Of a stretch of DNA of 64,000 nt, positions 42,877-52,946 are shown piece after piece. The stretch lies in assembly GCA_965222225.1 (NCBI GenBank), contig CBDCTK010000002.1, positions 5,440,001-5,504,000 on the forward strand. The letters run 5' to 3'. The notes beneath the pieces are model-generated. The model had not been told where the DNA came from. It did no database searches and saw only the letters and a list, made by a program, of their open reading frames with translations. Within the stretch, counting starts at the first letter, position 1. Each line of letters opens with the position of its first letter. A program made the position numbers and the translations under genes. The DNA comes from Candidatus Poribacteria bacterium (GTDB taxonomy: Bacteria; Poribacteria; WGA-4E; JAJDTR01).

Positions 42877-44847
42877 TCACGGCAAACTCAGCGCTATGAG
42901 TTCGGCAGGACGATTTGCCCCGCCTATCGGAATCACAATAAACTGCTTCCCATCAGCCATATAAGTCATCGGCGCTCCCTGTGCATTGCTTGGGAGTTCT
43001 GTTCTTGAAATTAGCTGTCCGTTATCAGGATTAAACGCCCACAGAAACGGATTCTGTTCCTCGAAGGTTACTTCGATCGCATTTCCGCGGGGCGAGTTGC
43101 CCGTCACGTCCCACTGTGCCTGCGTCGCCGCGAAAAGCAGTGATTGAGTCAGTAGAGGGAAATTGCGTTGAGCCCATAATGGTGGAAGATCGAGATGTCG
43201 CAGAGTGGGGTGGTCCCTTGGACCCTCTCCGACAGGTTGCACCCACTTGTGCTCGCCCGTATTCAGATCTATCGCGGTGATGCGCCCATAAGGAGGTTTG
43301 ACTAAGGGCAGGCCTCGCGGGCCGTCCGGCCCAAACAATAGGACACCAGTATAGGCGTAATCCGCCTTTGAATCTTTCGCTTTGTTTAGTGTGATGATGG
43401 CGGGATAGGTGTAGGACGGGATATAAATAATCCCCTTGTCTGGGTCAACAGCTGCCCCTGCCCAGCTAGCTCCTCCGATGATGCCGGGCATGGCGATTGT
43501 TCCCTTCTCGGAGGGAGGTGTATAGAGTACACCATAGTCGTAATCTTCGATCGCACTGAGTGCTTGTTTGTGCAACGACGGTGTAAAATCAATCAGGTCG
43601 TCATGGGTTAAGCCTTGGCGATCAAAAGGTGCCGGCTTGGTGGGGAAGGGTTGCGTGGGCGATGATAACTCGCCCGGCGCATCCGACTGGGGAACGGTAC
43701 GTTCTTCAATGGGCCAAACCGGTTTTCCAGTAATGTGGCCGAATACGAAGCAAAACGCCTGTTTGGTCACTTGGGCAACCGCCTTGATTTTCTTTCCATC
43801 AACAGTAATGTCAATCAAATTTGGCGCTGCCGGCAAATCACAATCCCACATTCCATGGTGCAACATTTGGAAGTGCCAAACCCGTTTCCCGGTTTCTGCA
43901 TTGAGGCATACTAGGCTTTCGGCAAAGAGATTGTCTCCGTGCCGATGTCCACTGTAATAATCGTTGGTGGGGGTGCTGACAGGCAGGTAGACGTAGCCCA
44001 ATTCCTCATCTGCGCTCATCATCGTCCACACATTCGCGTTGTCCGTCGACTTCCAAGAATCGTTCTTCCATGTCTCGATACCGAATTCCCTTTTTTGCGG
44101 AATGGTATGGAAAATCCAACGTTGCTCGCTGGTGCGAGCGTCAAACGCCCTGACATCTCCCGGCGGCATCTGCTTTTGTGGCGGCTCCCCAACCGCGAAG
44201 GAATCGAGAACCGTGGAGCCAACGACAACCACGTTTCGACAGATAACCGGCGGCGAGAAAATAGCATACAGTCGCCGATTCACCGGGCGTCGCAAGCCTT
44301 TCGTCAAATCGACGCGACCATCCTCGCCAAACCCTTGTATTGGTTTTCCCGTTTCGGCGTTAAGCGCGATGAGATACCCATCTCCCGTACCAAAGAGGAC
44401 GCGCTTAGCAGTACCGTCCTCCCAATAGTAGACACCGCGATGCACGAAACCTGTATTGGCGGGAGTGCCATCTTTGTGGGTTTTCGGGTCATAAACCCAG
44501 ATGGTTTCTCCCGTGGCAGCCTTGATGGCAGCAACCTGATTGAGCGGCGTGCTGGTGTATATTACTCCACCAATCATGAGAGGTATGGCTTCATTCACCA
44601 TCGTCCACAGGTCGGGATTGGATTCGACGAGCGCATTATCGGGAGAGTTCCAACGCCATGCAACCTGGAGATTTCTAACATTGTCTTTGTTAATCTGATC
44701 GACTGGAACGTATTTGGTACTGGCTTTGTCCGAGCCATAAACCCGCCATTCTCCAACCTTAATGGCATCCGCAGGGCAAACAATCAGACCGATTGCACAA
44801 AAAATCGAGACGATGCAATAAGTTAGCAAATGGTATGTTCGAATCAT
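42877..44847 (-). CDS. PQQ-dependent dehydrogenase (glucose/quinate dehydrogenase family)
   Basis: WHFQMLHHGMWDCD, QPFPTKP, PPYGRITAIDL and PMTY, plus a signal peptide. Confidence 0.9.
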   Translation of the reverse strand: MIRTYHLLTYCIVSIFCAIGLIVCPADAIKVGEWRVYGSDKASTKYVPVDQINKDNVRNLQVAWRWNSPDNALVESNPDLWTMVNEAIPLMIGGVIYTSTPLNQVAAIKAATGETIWVYDPKTHKDGTPANTGFVHRGVYYWEDGTAKRVLFGTGDGYLIALNAETGKPIQGFGEDGRVDLTKGLRRPVNRRLYAIFSPPVICRNVVVVGSTVLDSFAVGEPPQKQMPPGDVRAFDARTSEQRWIFHTIPQKREFGIETWKNDSWKSTDNANVWTMMSADEELGYVYLPVSTPTNDYYSGHRHGDNLFAESLVCLNAETGKRVWHFQMLHHGMWDCDLPAAPNLIDITVDGKKIKAVAQVTKQAFCFVFGHITGKPVWPIEERTVPQSDAPGELSSPTQPFPTKPAPFDRQGLTHDDLIDFTPSLHKQALSAIEDYDYGVLYTPPSEKGTIAMPGIIGGASWAGAAVDPDKGIIYIPSYTYPAIITLNKAKDSKADYAYTGVLLFGPDGPRGLPLVKPPYGRITAIDLNTGEHKWVQPVGEGPRDHPTLRHLDLPPLWAQRNFPLLTQSLLFAATQAQWDVTGNSPRGNAIEVTFEEQNPFLWAFNPDNGQLISRTELPSNAQGAPMTYMADGKQFIVIPIGGANRPAELIALSLP

Positions 44848-44956
44848 GGTTTGACCTAAAAGTGTTTATCAACAGCATTGAAGCGGGCGTACATTTTGTC
44901 TCCAACAGTGTATTAATGTATTAATTTTTGTGTTGGATGTTGTCTCTCCGCCAAAC

Positions 44957-44988
44957 TTCATGTCACACATCGCGATGTGTGACATGAA
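44957..44988. repeat. Perfect 32-bp palindrome
   Basis: TTCATGTCACACATCG|CGATGTGTGACATGAA. Confidence 0.9.
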
Positions 44989-45244
44989 TCAGAAGAGTAA
45001 TGGGTGCAATTCGATAGTCCTCGAACTCGTAGAGATCGCTGGAGAAACATGACCACCATGCTTAAGAATAATACTCCAATATATTATCTCTTTTCAAGTG
45101 GAAATGAGTGGAGAACGACATGCAGGCTGATGGTTTACTCTATGCATTCGAATCTCTTCGCAAAATTCTTGTATTAATTGTTGATTCATTGTATAATTAC
45201 CGTGTTTTGAATCCGGTGCAGGGCTTATTCGTGGACGGCTTGTC

Positions 45245-46150
45245 GTGATGTCTCCAACTCCACATTTTACAGATACAAGCATCCGAATTCACGATGTAAC
45301 TAATTTCAATCTGAGCCACACGCTTGAGAGTGCGCAGTCATTTCGGTGGCAGCCATACAATGGTTGGTATTACGGAGTCATTGAGGGGCGCCTTCTAAAA
45401 ATTCGGCAAGAAGGTCAAATGTTAATCCTAGCGAGTTCTGCCGATGAAGACGCCGAATGTTTGAAAACTTTTCTTCGCCACTATCTCGATCTCAATCGGG
45501 ATTTACTTGCCATTCTGCGAGCAGTAGACATTGACGCGTGTATTCGCGAGGCATTCAAGAGTTTTTGGGGAATGCGCCTCCTGAATCAGGGATTGTGGGA
45601 ATGCCTTGCGTCGTACATTCTATCTCAGAACAACAATGTGCCTCGAATTAAGGGAATAATTCAGAGACTATCAGCCCGATTTGGCGAGAGAATCAGCCTC
45701 GACAATTACGTCGATTATTCTTTTCCTTCACCTCAAGCGCTCGCCGAAGCAGGCATTAATGGATTGCTGGAGTGTGGGACGGGTTATCGTGCTCCGTATC
45801 TTTGGGAAGTGTCTACAGCGATAGTGGCTGGAACGCTCAATCTCGACAACCTTGATGGAATGTCTTATCCGTTAGCCAAACAAGAGTTGATGCAATTGAA
45901 AGGAATTGGCGAAAAAGTTGCCGATTGCATTTGCTTATTCTCGCTGGGACATCTGGAGGTGCTCCCCGTTGACGTTTGGATGAAGCGAATCATGGAACAC
46001 GTTTATTTCGGTAGAAGAGCTTCAATCCGAGAAATTCGTGAGTTCGGAGAGAGTTACTTTGGCGAGCATATCGGCTATGCCCAGCAGTACCTTTTCCATT
46101 ATGCACGAACATTTGGATTGAAGAAAATGATACAGAATCCCCACCTCTGA
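45245..46150 (+). CDS. 8-oxoguanine DNA glycosylase (Ogg1-like, HhH-GPD)
   Basis: QSFRW, SQNNNVPRI, GIGEKVADC, PVDVW and GYAQQYLF. Confidence 0.9.
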   Translation: MMSPTPHFTDTSIRIHDVTNFNLSHTLESAQSFRWQPYNGWYYGVIEGRLLKIRQEGQMLILASSADEDAECLKTFLRHYLDLNRDLLAILRAVDIDACIREAFKSFWGMRLLNQGLWECLASYILSQNNNVPRIKGIIQRLSARFGERISLDNYVDYSFPSPQALAEAGINGLLECGTGYRAPYLWEVSTAIVAGTLNLDNLDGMSYPLAKQELMQLKGIGEKVADCICLFSLGHLEVLPVDVWMKRIMEHVYFGRRASIREIREFGESYFGEHIGYAQQYLFHYARTFGLKKMIQNPHL

Positions 46151-46264
46151 CGAAATGAGATTCTCTGCCTTTGCGAGAAAAAAGAAACGAAGCCACCATT
46201 TGCTGCGTTTGAATTTTGTTGTGTAACCGAAGAGTGTTAGCAATCCAATTCAGGAGGAATACAC

Positions 46265-46759
46265 ATGCTTGAGGAACTTCGAGACAACGTCCTATCGCTT
46301 TTGGAAGAACGTGTTGAACTTGCAATTAAGACCATTCAAAGTCTGCGGGAGGCTAAGCTTTCGCTTGAGTCGCAAATCAGTCAGTTGCAAGGCGAACTCC
46401 AGCAGAAAGAAGAGTGGATTCATGACCTGGAAAACCGAAATCAGGAACTCCTTCATGTTGAATCCGATTTGAAGCAGCTTCAGGAAGCGCGTGACCAAGA
46501 ACGCGATGAGATTGATCGGGAGAAGACAGAGATACGTGAGCGCATTGAAGGATTGATGACCATGTTAAACGGCGTCAATGGGCGCCAAGAAGAGCTTGAA
46601 GCTGATCAATTATTCACTGGGGAAGATACGTCCGACTTGGCAGATATTTCAGATGCTGATATGTCTGACACGGAATTAGCCGAAAGTGACACGTCCGAGA
46701 CGGAACCTGCCGAGAGTGATACCTCAGAAGAGCCTCCATTTTTCAGCAACCAGTATTAA
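46265..46759 (+). CDS. ZapB-like coiled-coil protein with acidic repeat tail
   Basis: LEERVELAIKTIQSLR heptads, ERIEGLM end of the coil and SDTE-xAE repeats. Confidence 0.6.
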   Translation: MLEELRDNVLSLLEERVELAIKTIQSLREAKLSLESQISQLQGELQQKEEWIHDLENRNQELLHVESDLKQLQEARDQERDEIDREKTEIRERIEGLMTMLNGVNGRQEELEADQLFTGEDTSDLADISDADMSDTELAESDTSETEPAESDTSEEPPFFSNQY

Positions 46760-46812
46760 GGTAGCTTTACATCTAGAATTCCTGCCTGTCTATATGAGGA
46801 AAAACACTCCTA

Positions 46813-47943
46813 TTGCGCGTTTTAGTGCTTTCCCACTCCTACATAATGAAGCCCTACCGGCGCAAGTTTGCCCTCATCGCGGAACGGCCAGATGTTGAGA
46901 TGCGGGTGATAACAACCGATCGGTGGTACGAAAGCATTCAAGAAATCCTCTTTCAATCCGATTCGGATGTTCGATGCAATGAATTTCCTTGTCCGATTCG
47001 ATTTTCGGGCTATGGGAGCCGATTTTACTACCGGGGTAACCTGCGCGCTCATTTCCAGGATTTCCAACCCGAAATAATCCACCTTGAAGAGGAACCTTGG
47101 AGCATAAACGCGCTTCAAGTAATTCGACTTAAACGGAAATACTGTCCGAGCAGTCGATTCATTTTTCGAACATCACTAAGCATCCCCGCCAAACAAAAAT
47201 TCGGGTTCCTGCCAATCTGGATTGAACGACAGGTTTTCCGAGAGACGAACATGGCATTTCCCTTGAGTGACAATGCGGGGCGTATTTTGAAGCAGCGCGG
47301 CTATCATGGAGAGGCAGTTCCCTTTCCAAATGGCGTCGATTTTAGGCTGTTCCACAAGATGGACGTAAAGCGGTTGAGTACTTCACTTGGGCTGTTCGGT
47401 TACTTCGTAATCGGTTATCTTGGTCGAATAGTGGAGAGCAAAGGGCTAGATACACTGGTTGCCGCGGCGGCTAGGCTTGAAATCGAATACCGGCTCTTGA
47501 TTATTGGGAGCGGAGAGTACAAAGCAGATTTGGTTGGGATTGCCGAAGAACTCCGAATCGCCGACAGGATCGTGTGGATTGATGGAATGCTACCCGAAAA
47601 GGTGCCCCAATATGTCAACTGTATGGATACGGTTGTTCTACCATCGCGTACGACGCCGGACTGGGTCGAGTTCTTTGGACGCGTTCTTATTGAGGGGATG
47701 GCGTGTGAAGTACCGGTAATCGCTTCAGATTCTGGTGAGATTCCTCATGTCGTGGGGGATGCCGGATTAATCTTTCCTGAGGGAGATGCCGTGGCATTGG
47801 CGGATCGAATTGAGCAGATTGCGCGGAATCCGTCATTCGCCAATCAACTCATCCAACGTGGGCTGAAGAGAGTGAAAGAATTTACTTGGGAAACAATAGC
47901 CGACCGCACTCACGAAGTGTACCAAGCAATATTGGAAGCTTGA
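46813..47943 (+). CDS. Glycosyltransferase family 4
   Basis: GRIVESKG and EFFGRVLIEGMACEVPVI. Confidence 0.92.
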   Translation: MRVLVLSHSYIMKPYRRKFALIAERPDVEMRVITTDRWYESIQEILFQSDSDVRCNEFPCPIRFSGYGSRFYYRGNLRAHFQDFQPEIIHLEEEPWSINALQVIRLKRKYCPSSRFIFRTSLSIPAKQKFGFLPIWIERQVFRETNMAFPLSDNAGRILKQRGYHGEAVPFPNGVDFRLFHKMDVKRLSTSLGLFGYFVIGYLGRIVESKGLDTLVAAAARLEIEYRLLIIGSGEYKADLVGIAEELRIADRIVWIDGMLPEKVPQYVNCMDTVVLPSRTTPDWVEFFGRVLIEGMACEVPVIASDSGEIPHVVGDAGLIFPEGDAVALADRIEQIARNPSFANQLIQRGLKRVKEFTWETIADRTHEVYQAILEA

Positions 47944-47984
47944 ATTCAGGGCCGAGATTCGGGCTTTCACCTCATTCGCGATAA

Positions 47985-48171
47985 GAGCCTGTTTGAATAA
48001 TAGGTGTAAAGCCATTTTTAGACATTTGAGGCGGGCATCTTCAAGTTTTTGTTGTCGCCTGCTATACACCTGTGGGATCTCTATCGCACTCACTATCCGA
48101 TCGCTTGATCCTCGCTGGAGCTTTGGCGTAAAGCGAGTGACGTCGCTTCATATGAATTTTCAAACAGGTTC
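47985..48171. mobile_element. MITE-like element, copy 2
   Basis: GAGCCTGTTTGAATAA..TTTTCAAACAGGTTC flanked by TAA and TTA. Internal homology to 5500-5787. Confidence 0.72.
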
Positions 48172-48252
48172 TTAAATGCACAAAGTCGAGCTAATGAGTT
48201 CTGAAAATAACGTACAGAATCCTACTCTTTTGATTCAAAAAGGACAGAATTC

Positions 48253-48747
48253 ATGGTGAACATCAATAACAGACACATCATAGAATTAGCGTTTATTTTA
48301 ACCATTACCGTGTTGCTTGCGGGGCTTTTTTCGTGCAGTCAGGTTCAGCGAGTGCTAGAGGCGGAGTATGCTCATTCAGACATCCCAATGGAAGAACGCG
48401 ACCACGTTTGGGTCGTAGATCAGAACGGTGTTGAGGTGCCTGTGCCAGGTACTTGGGTGCTCGTGTCACACACGCACTTAAACTCTACCTCTACGATAGG
48501 CGAAAGCTTCACACTACCTCCAAATCCGCCGCATAGTGTGCTGATATCGGATGGAACATATACGGATGGCGAAGATATCCTCTGGACAAAAGTGAATATA
48601 ACATCTCACGAAGGCGAGAAGTGGCAGTTTCTTGAACGTCTGGACACAAGCGTTTCCCCACATCAACTCTTTGTTGTCGTCGCAGTAGATGATAGCGGTT
48701 TGCCTGTACTGGAGTACGGAAAATATCCTTTGGGACTTAGTAGTTAA
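48253..48747 (+). pseudogene. Lipoprotein of unknown function, probably 3'-truncated by IS1595
   Basis: Lipobox LFSC. The last codons and the stop lie inside the IS end. Confidence 0.6.
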
Positions 48748-49980
48748 CTGCTTTTTGGTCGATTTGCTTGCTTTTCTCTTCTTAATGTACAATAACTTTA
48801 GACAGTGTTCGGAATCTTGATTCACACTAAAATACATCTCTATAAGAGAGAAATGGAGGCATATCATGTTGACCAAGCGTTTGTACATGCTCGCGGGAGC
48901 ATTGCGGGTTATCTGCGGGATTTTAATTTCCAACACTATGGGATTTTCAGCACACCATGATGTTGTCGTTGACAGAATATACCGATAGCCAAACAATTCA
49001 TGTGGCTCAGGTGAAGCATTCATCAAAAAATCTTATGAAAATCTCATCATCTTTTCTGCGATTATATTTCCAGCAAGACTCCATGATATACAGTGGCAGC
49101 CACTTCTTGCTGTAGTGATGATGCGTTCCGTAGAATGACCTCTTGACACAAGCCCAAAACGACTCGATGGTGTTGGTGTGAGTTACGCCGTCCTCAGAAA
49201 CATATCTCTCTTGGTGATGGATAACATGTCTTTCGATATCTTCGTCCAGACTATTGTAAGAGCGAAATTCATCAGTCATAAGAATAGACTCATCGGGTGA
49301 GACATTGCTAAGGATGAATTCTCTGATATTTTCACCAGATAGAACCTTCATGAATTTAGCAACCACCCGACCGCCTCTCTCGACTACGCCGATGACGGGA
49401 GATTTATTTGTGCCTCTACCTCTCTTAGATTTTGCTCTGGGTTTGCCGCCGACATAGGTTTCGTCCGCTTCAACTATCCCTTTCAGCAATTCATCACTAT
49501 CACTCATTTTCTCACGGAGGCGCATTGCCATATACCAAGCGGACTTTTGATTCATGTCCAAGTCACGAGCAAGCTGACAACTCGATATGCTTTTCTTGGC
49601 ATTGGAAAGAATTGAGATAGCCAAAAACCATTTCTGGAGAGGTATCTTGGTACCATGGAAGATGGTTCCTGCTGTAGCCGAAAAGCTAGATTCACAATCG
49701 TAGCAATTCCAACCAGTAGTAATGTCGTTTTTGTTCTTGCGTCCAACTTTTTCACTGCCACAGTGGATACAGCAAACACCGTCCTTCCAACGTTTTTCCT
49801 CTATAAATCTGAGACAAGATTCTTGATTTGGAAACTCTTTCATAAGATTCAAAATGTCCATAGCAAACTCCTACGAGAAGAATAGTCACTATGGACATCT
49901 ACGTGTGACGAAAAGATTTACGACAGGGTACCAAGTTTTATGTTTGTCGTCAGTCTAAAAGCTACAAGCTACTAATTCCG
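48732..49980 (-). mobile_element. IS1595-family insertion sequence, copy 2
   Basis: Near-identical inverted copy of 12902-14150. The flanks TATCCTTT and TAATGATT do not match. Confidence 0.95.
49007..49861 (-). CDS. IS1595-family DDE transposase
   Basis: Protein identical to 13021-13875. Confidence 0.95.
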   Translation of the reverse strand: MDILNLMKEFPNQESCLRFIEEKRWKDGVCCIHCGSEKVGRKNKNDITTGWNCYDCESSFSATAGTIFHGTKIPLQKWFLAISILSNAKKSISSCQLARDLDMNQKSAWYMAMRLREKMSDSDELLKGIVEADETYVGGKPRAKSKRGRGTNKSPVIGVVERGGRVVAKFMKVLSGENIREFILSNVSPDESILMTDEFRSYNSLDEDIERHVIHHQERYVSEDGVTHTNTIESFWACVKRSFYGTHHHYSKKWLPLYIMESCWKYNRRKDDEIFIRFFDECFT

Positions 49981-51354
49981 TAATGATTTTCTTCTATCAA
50001 TAATCGACTCCGTATCATAGCGTCGAATATCAGCAATACTTCTTCAATCATTTTGTATGGAATGCAACGTTGAGCGATCATAGCTAGGAGATTACTTGTG
50101 AACACGTAACTCCCATCTGGAGTTTCCCCGTCCTCCGGAGCAGTGGATAATAGCAATGCGATCCATTGCGATAGCATTGCCGTATCTGACAATGTTTCAT
50201 CGCTGCTTCCAATCTTCCGCGCAATATGCTCCCAGAACGTTGGATGGAGGCGCGTGCGATGTCTGCTAATGAGAAGGAACATCAGCTTCGGATGATTTTC
50301 CAAATACCGATTTACCAACCACCAAGATAAAATTCTGTCGCTATGTTGTAACTGCCCCGTGCCAAACAATGGGGTTAAGCGCCCACGCTTGTCAAGCCAC
50401 TCAATCCAATCTGGATGTGACGCGCTTTTTGTAAAGAATTCGGTCTTTGTTTCATCTTCAAGGGCATGAGCGATTATTCCCTCATCCTCTTCGTTCAGTT
50501 CTTGAGGCGGCTTATCGGCAATCGCAGAAATTTCACGCTGCCAACCAACCATTCCACGTCGTACATAATCGGCAAGTTTGCTGATTGCCTTGTCAAGTTC
50601 GCTATGATCATTCTCGTCATACTGCGGGTACGGAATCGTCTCAATTTTCAAATGCTTCCAGCGTCGATGGTCGGCTATGCTTTTGCGCACCAATGCGTAA
50701 CGCTGCAATCCTTCTCTTTGCGGTGGCAAGGCGCGTACCAAATAGTTCATGACCGTGTCGCTATGGCTGTAGCCGACAAAGAGAATCGTGAAATTATTAT
50801 ACAATTCAACGAGAAAACGTCTTGCCCATCCCTCGTTATAAATACGCGCGACCAAAATCTGTGTCCGTAAGTATCATCTCGTCGGCATTGGCGATGGATC
50901 CATGAACATGAACAATCCCGTTGAACTTACGTCCCAAAGGCAACGCAGGGGCACAGAATACCGGTGGTGTATCGTTGAATAGTCCCCCTGCTGCTTCCTC
51001 AAACAAAATATCAAAGTTTGTGGTAACCAGATGAACCGGTCCATCTTTGTGATAGAGTCGCAGAAGATCTTGATGAAGTGATGTCGGTTTCAAGCCTTCG
51101 GGAGAAAGCACTTTTTTTGCAATGTCATAAATCTCCACACCATCATCGTGCAAGCGTCCGAGGAATTGCTCAAGATTTTCTTTTTCGTCTCTGACTTTGT
51201 TGCTGCGTTCCGCTATTACCTTGGTTAAGGAACAAAAGTTGGGCAGACAAGCAGGTTTACCCATTGAAACACCAGCCCCAGCGAACACTACGAGATTATT
51301 ATCACGCAAGGCATCTAATAGTGGTTTGGGAAAGTCAACATTGGCTAGTTTCAT
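49962..51354 (-). pseudogene. SIR2-domain (Dsr1-like) anti-phage NADase, frameshifted and IS-truncated
   Basis: FAGAGVS, TTNFD, HVHGS, DFGRAYL, then a frameshift near 50840 to EGWARRF..FVGYSHSD. The 3' part runs into the IS. Confidence 0.82.
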
Positions 51355-51429
51355 AATATTGCTTCATCATTTCTTTCATAGGTTTATTTTCTCGCTCATC
51401 CAGTTCCTTGTGAATCGTGTCTAACGGCC

Positions 51430-51903
51430 GAACATGAGCAGTATTTATTGATGGCTTTACGGGTGGGTTCGCCGATGTAAAGGGATTCGCCCTTGCCCTC
51501 TTGATCTGTCTTACTGGAGTGAATTGCGAGCGTACTTTTCACGTCCTCGATATTGACCGCGACCGCGGTCCCGACCGTCGCGACGAATACCTGACAATGT
51601 TCGAGTGGTGATCGCTCCAACGATTTGTCGATTAACATTCGTGGACTGCCATTTGACGGCATCCACCACTTGTGAGATCGTTGCGGGCGATTTGCCTGAC
51701 TCATGAAGATGGGTAAGATACTCGGCAAGCACCGCATCATTCAATTCACGCGGGCTGACCACAGTGGATAGCCAAGTATCCCATTTGGTCAACGCCCGAC
51801 CATAGGCTGCGAGCGTGTTTTTCGAGACGCCATGCTTAATCAATTCCTTTGTCGAATCACTGATAGCAACTGAGCTTTCCTGTTTTACTGCTAATTCGTT
51901 CAT
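51430..51903 (-). pseudogene. Cre-like tyrosine recombinase remnant with an internal deletion
   Basis: Core-binding N-domain (SKNTLAAY..YLTHL..GKSPATI..LSGIRR..RGRGQ) joined out of frame to VNIEDV..SSKTDQEGKG. Confidence 0.8.
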
Positions 51904-51914
51904 GATATATCACC

Positions 51915-52733
51915 TCATTTCAAACGGTACCCGTTCTTATCCCAAGTGGAAACAGCACCGTGACCATACTCATTGATTCCAAGCGAGACGCGAGCTACAT
52001 TGTCCGTTTTGCCATAAATGTCAACGCGACCACCGTGTTCATCATTTTGCATAGTTACAAGGGGAGATTTATCATCTCCACAAACCGTGACTCCGATTCC
52101 GCTAGAGGATAACTTCACACCCCGATTATAGTTAGCTCCCAATACACTCACACTACTGTCAGAACCACTGGTCGCATCCATTAGAATCATGGAATCAGTC
52201 AGAAGAGATTCGCTTTCAGGATTATGCCACCTAGCACCACCGATTTGAATGCTACCTGCTCCTCGCATGACAATCCTCGCATCATCGTTAGTAATCTCCC
52301 ATAAGGAGACTTTTCCCGCTAAACCACCAGCCTCACTCGTCAGCTCAACTAGCCCCCTACCGCGTGCGGAAAACACGGCGATAGATCCCGCACTTTGCTC
52401 GAACTGCCTCAGTCTGATTTTCCCTGTCCCGTCTTTAGAGAGAACTCTTAATGACGTGCCGTACTCGTTGCACTCAAAGACAATCGACCCAGACTTATGT
52501 ATAGCATCAGTAATTTGAAGCGAGGCGGTATCGCTTCTGCTGGCAAGTTTGCCCGCGTGTTCCAGCACCACGCTTCTATTATCGGGTCCCGAAATAACTA
52601 GGCGATTGCAAACAATCTCATCGAATGTGTCACGTTTCGCTGTGAGCGGCGAAACACACAACCCGATGGCAAGTCCGGCAATCCCAATCACTGCGCCAAA
52701 GACCATATAGCTAAATTTCTGCTTTGTGTTCAT
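51915..52733 (-). CDS. Secreted Gly-rich beta-repeat protein, family member P1
   Basis: Leader KQKFSYMVFGAVIG..SPLTA, FDEIVC, EHGGRVDIYGK and C-terminal GAVSTWDKNG. Confidence 0.75.
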   Translation of the reverse strand: MNTKQKFSYMVFGAVIGIAGLAIGLCVSPLTAKRDTFDEIVCNRLVISGPDNRSVVLEHAGKLASRSDTASLQITDAIHKSGSIVFECNEYGTSLRVLSKDGTGKIRLRQFEQSAGSIAVFSARGRGLVELTSEAGGLAGKVSLWEITNDDARIVMRGAGSIQIGGARWHNPESESLLTDSMILMDATSGSDSSVSVLGANYNRGVKLSSSGIGVTVCGDDKSPLVTMQNDEHGGRVDIYGKTDNVARVSLGINEYGHGAVSTWDKNGYRLK

Positions 52734-52803
52734 TGACATTCTCCCATTTGGTTTTGAAATTGAGTGACGGAAAATAGTCACAAGTTAAGTTTGTATAAGA
52801 CGT

Positions 52804-52833
52804 ATTGTAAAATTTTTGCAGGCCAAATGTCAA
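52804..52833 (-). promoter_or_regulatory. Sigma70-like promoter for the P1-recombinase unit
   Basis: TTGACA-N18-TACAAT. It overlaps the inverted repeat CAAGGTAT..ATACCTTG (52831-52872). Confidence 0.5.
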
Positions 52834-52946
52834 GGTATGTACCTGTCTCACAGATATGTTGAGAATACCTTGCGAATATGCTATACTTGCCACGTTTTTG
52901 CGAGAGAAGGTATGTTTTGTACTATGGGACGACGGAAACGAAAAAA

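Noticed and set aside
43939-44826. 295 aa antisense ORF, and similar shadows at 14615-15283, 37298-37885 and 58502-59074
   Set aside because: They lie within well-supported genes, on the opposite strand or in another frame, and have no motifs.
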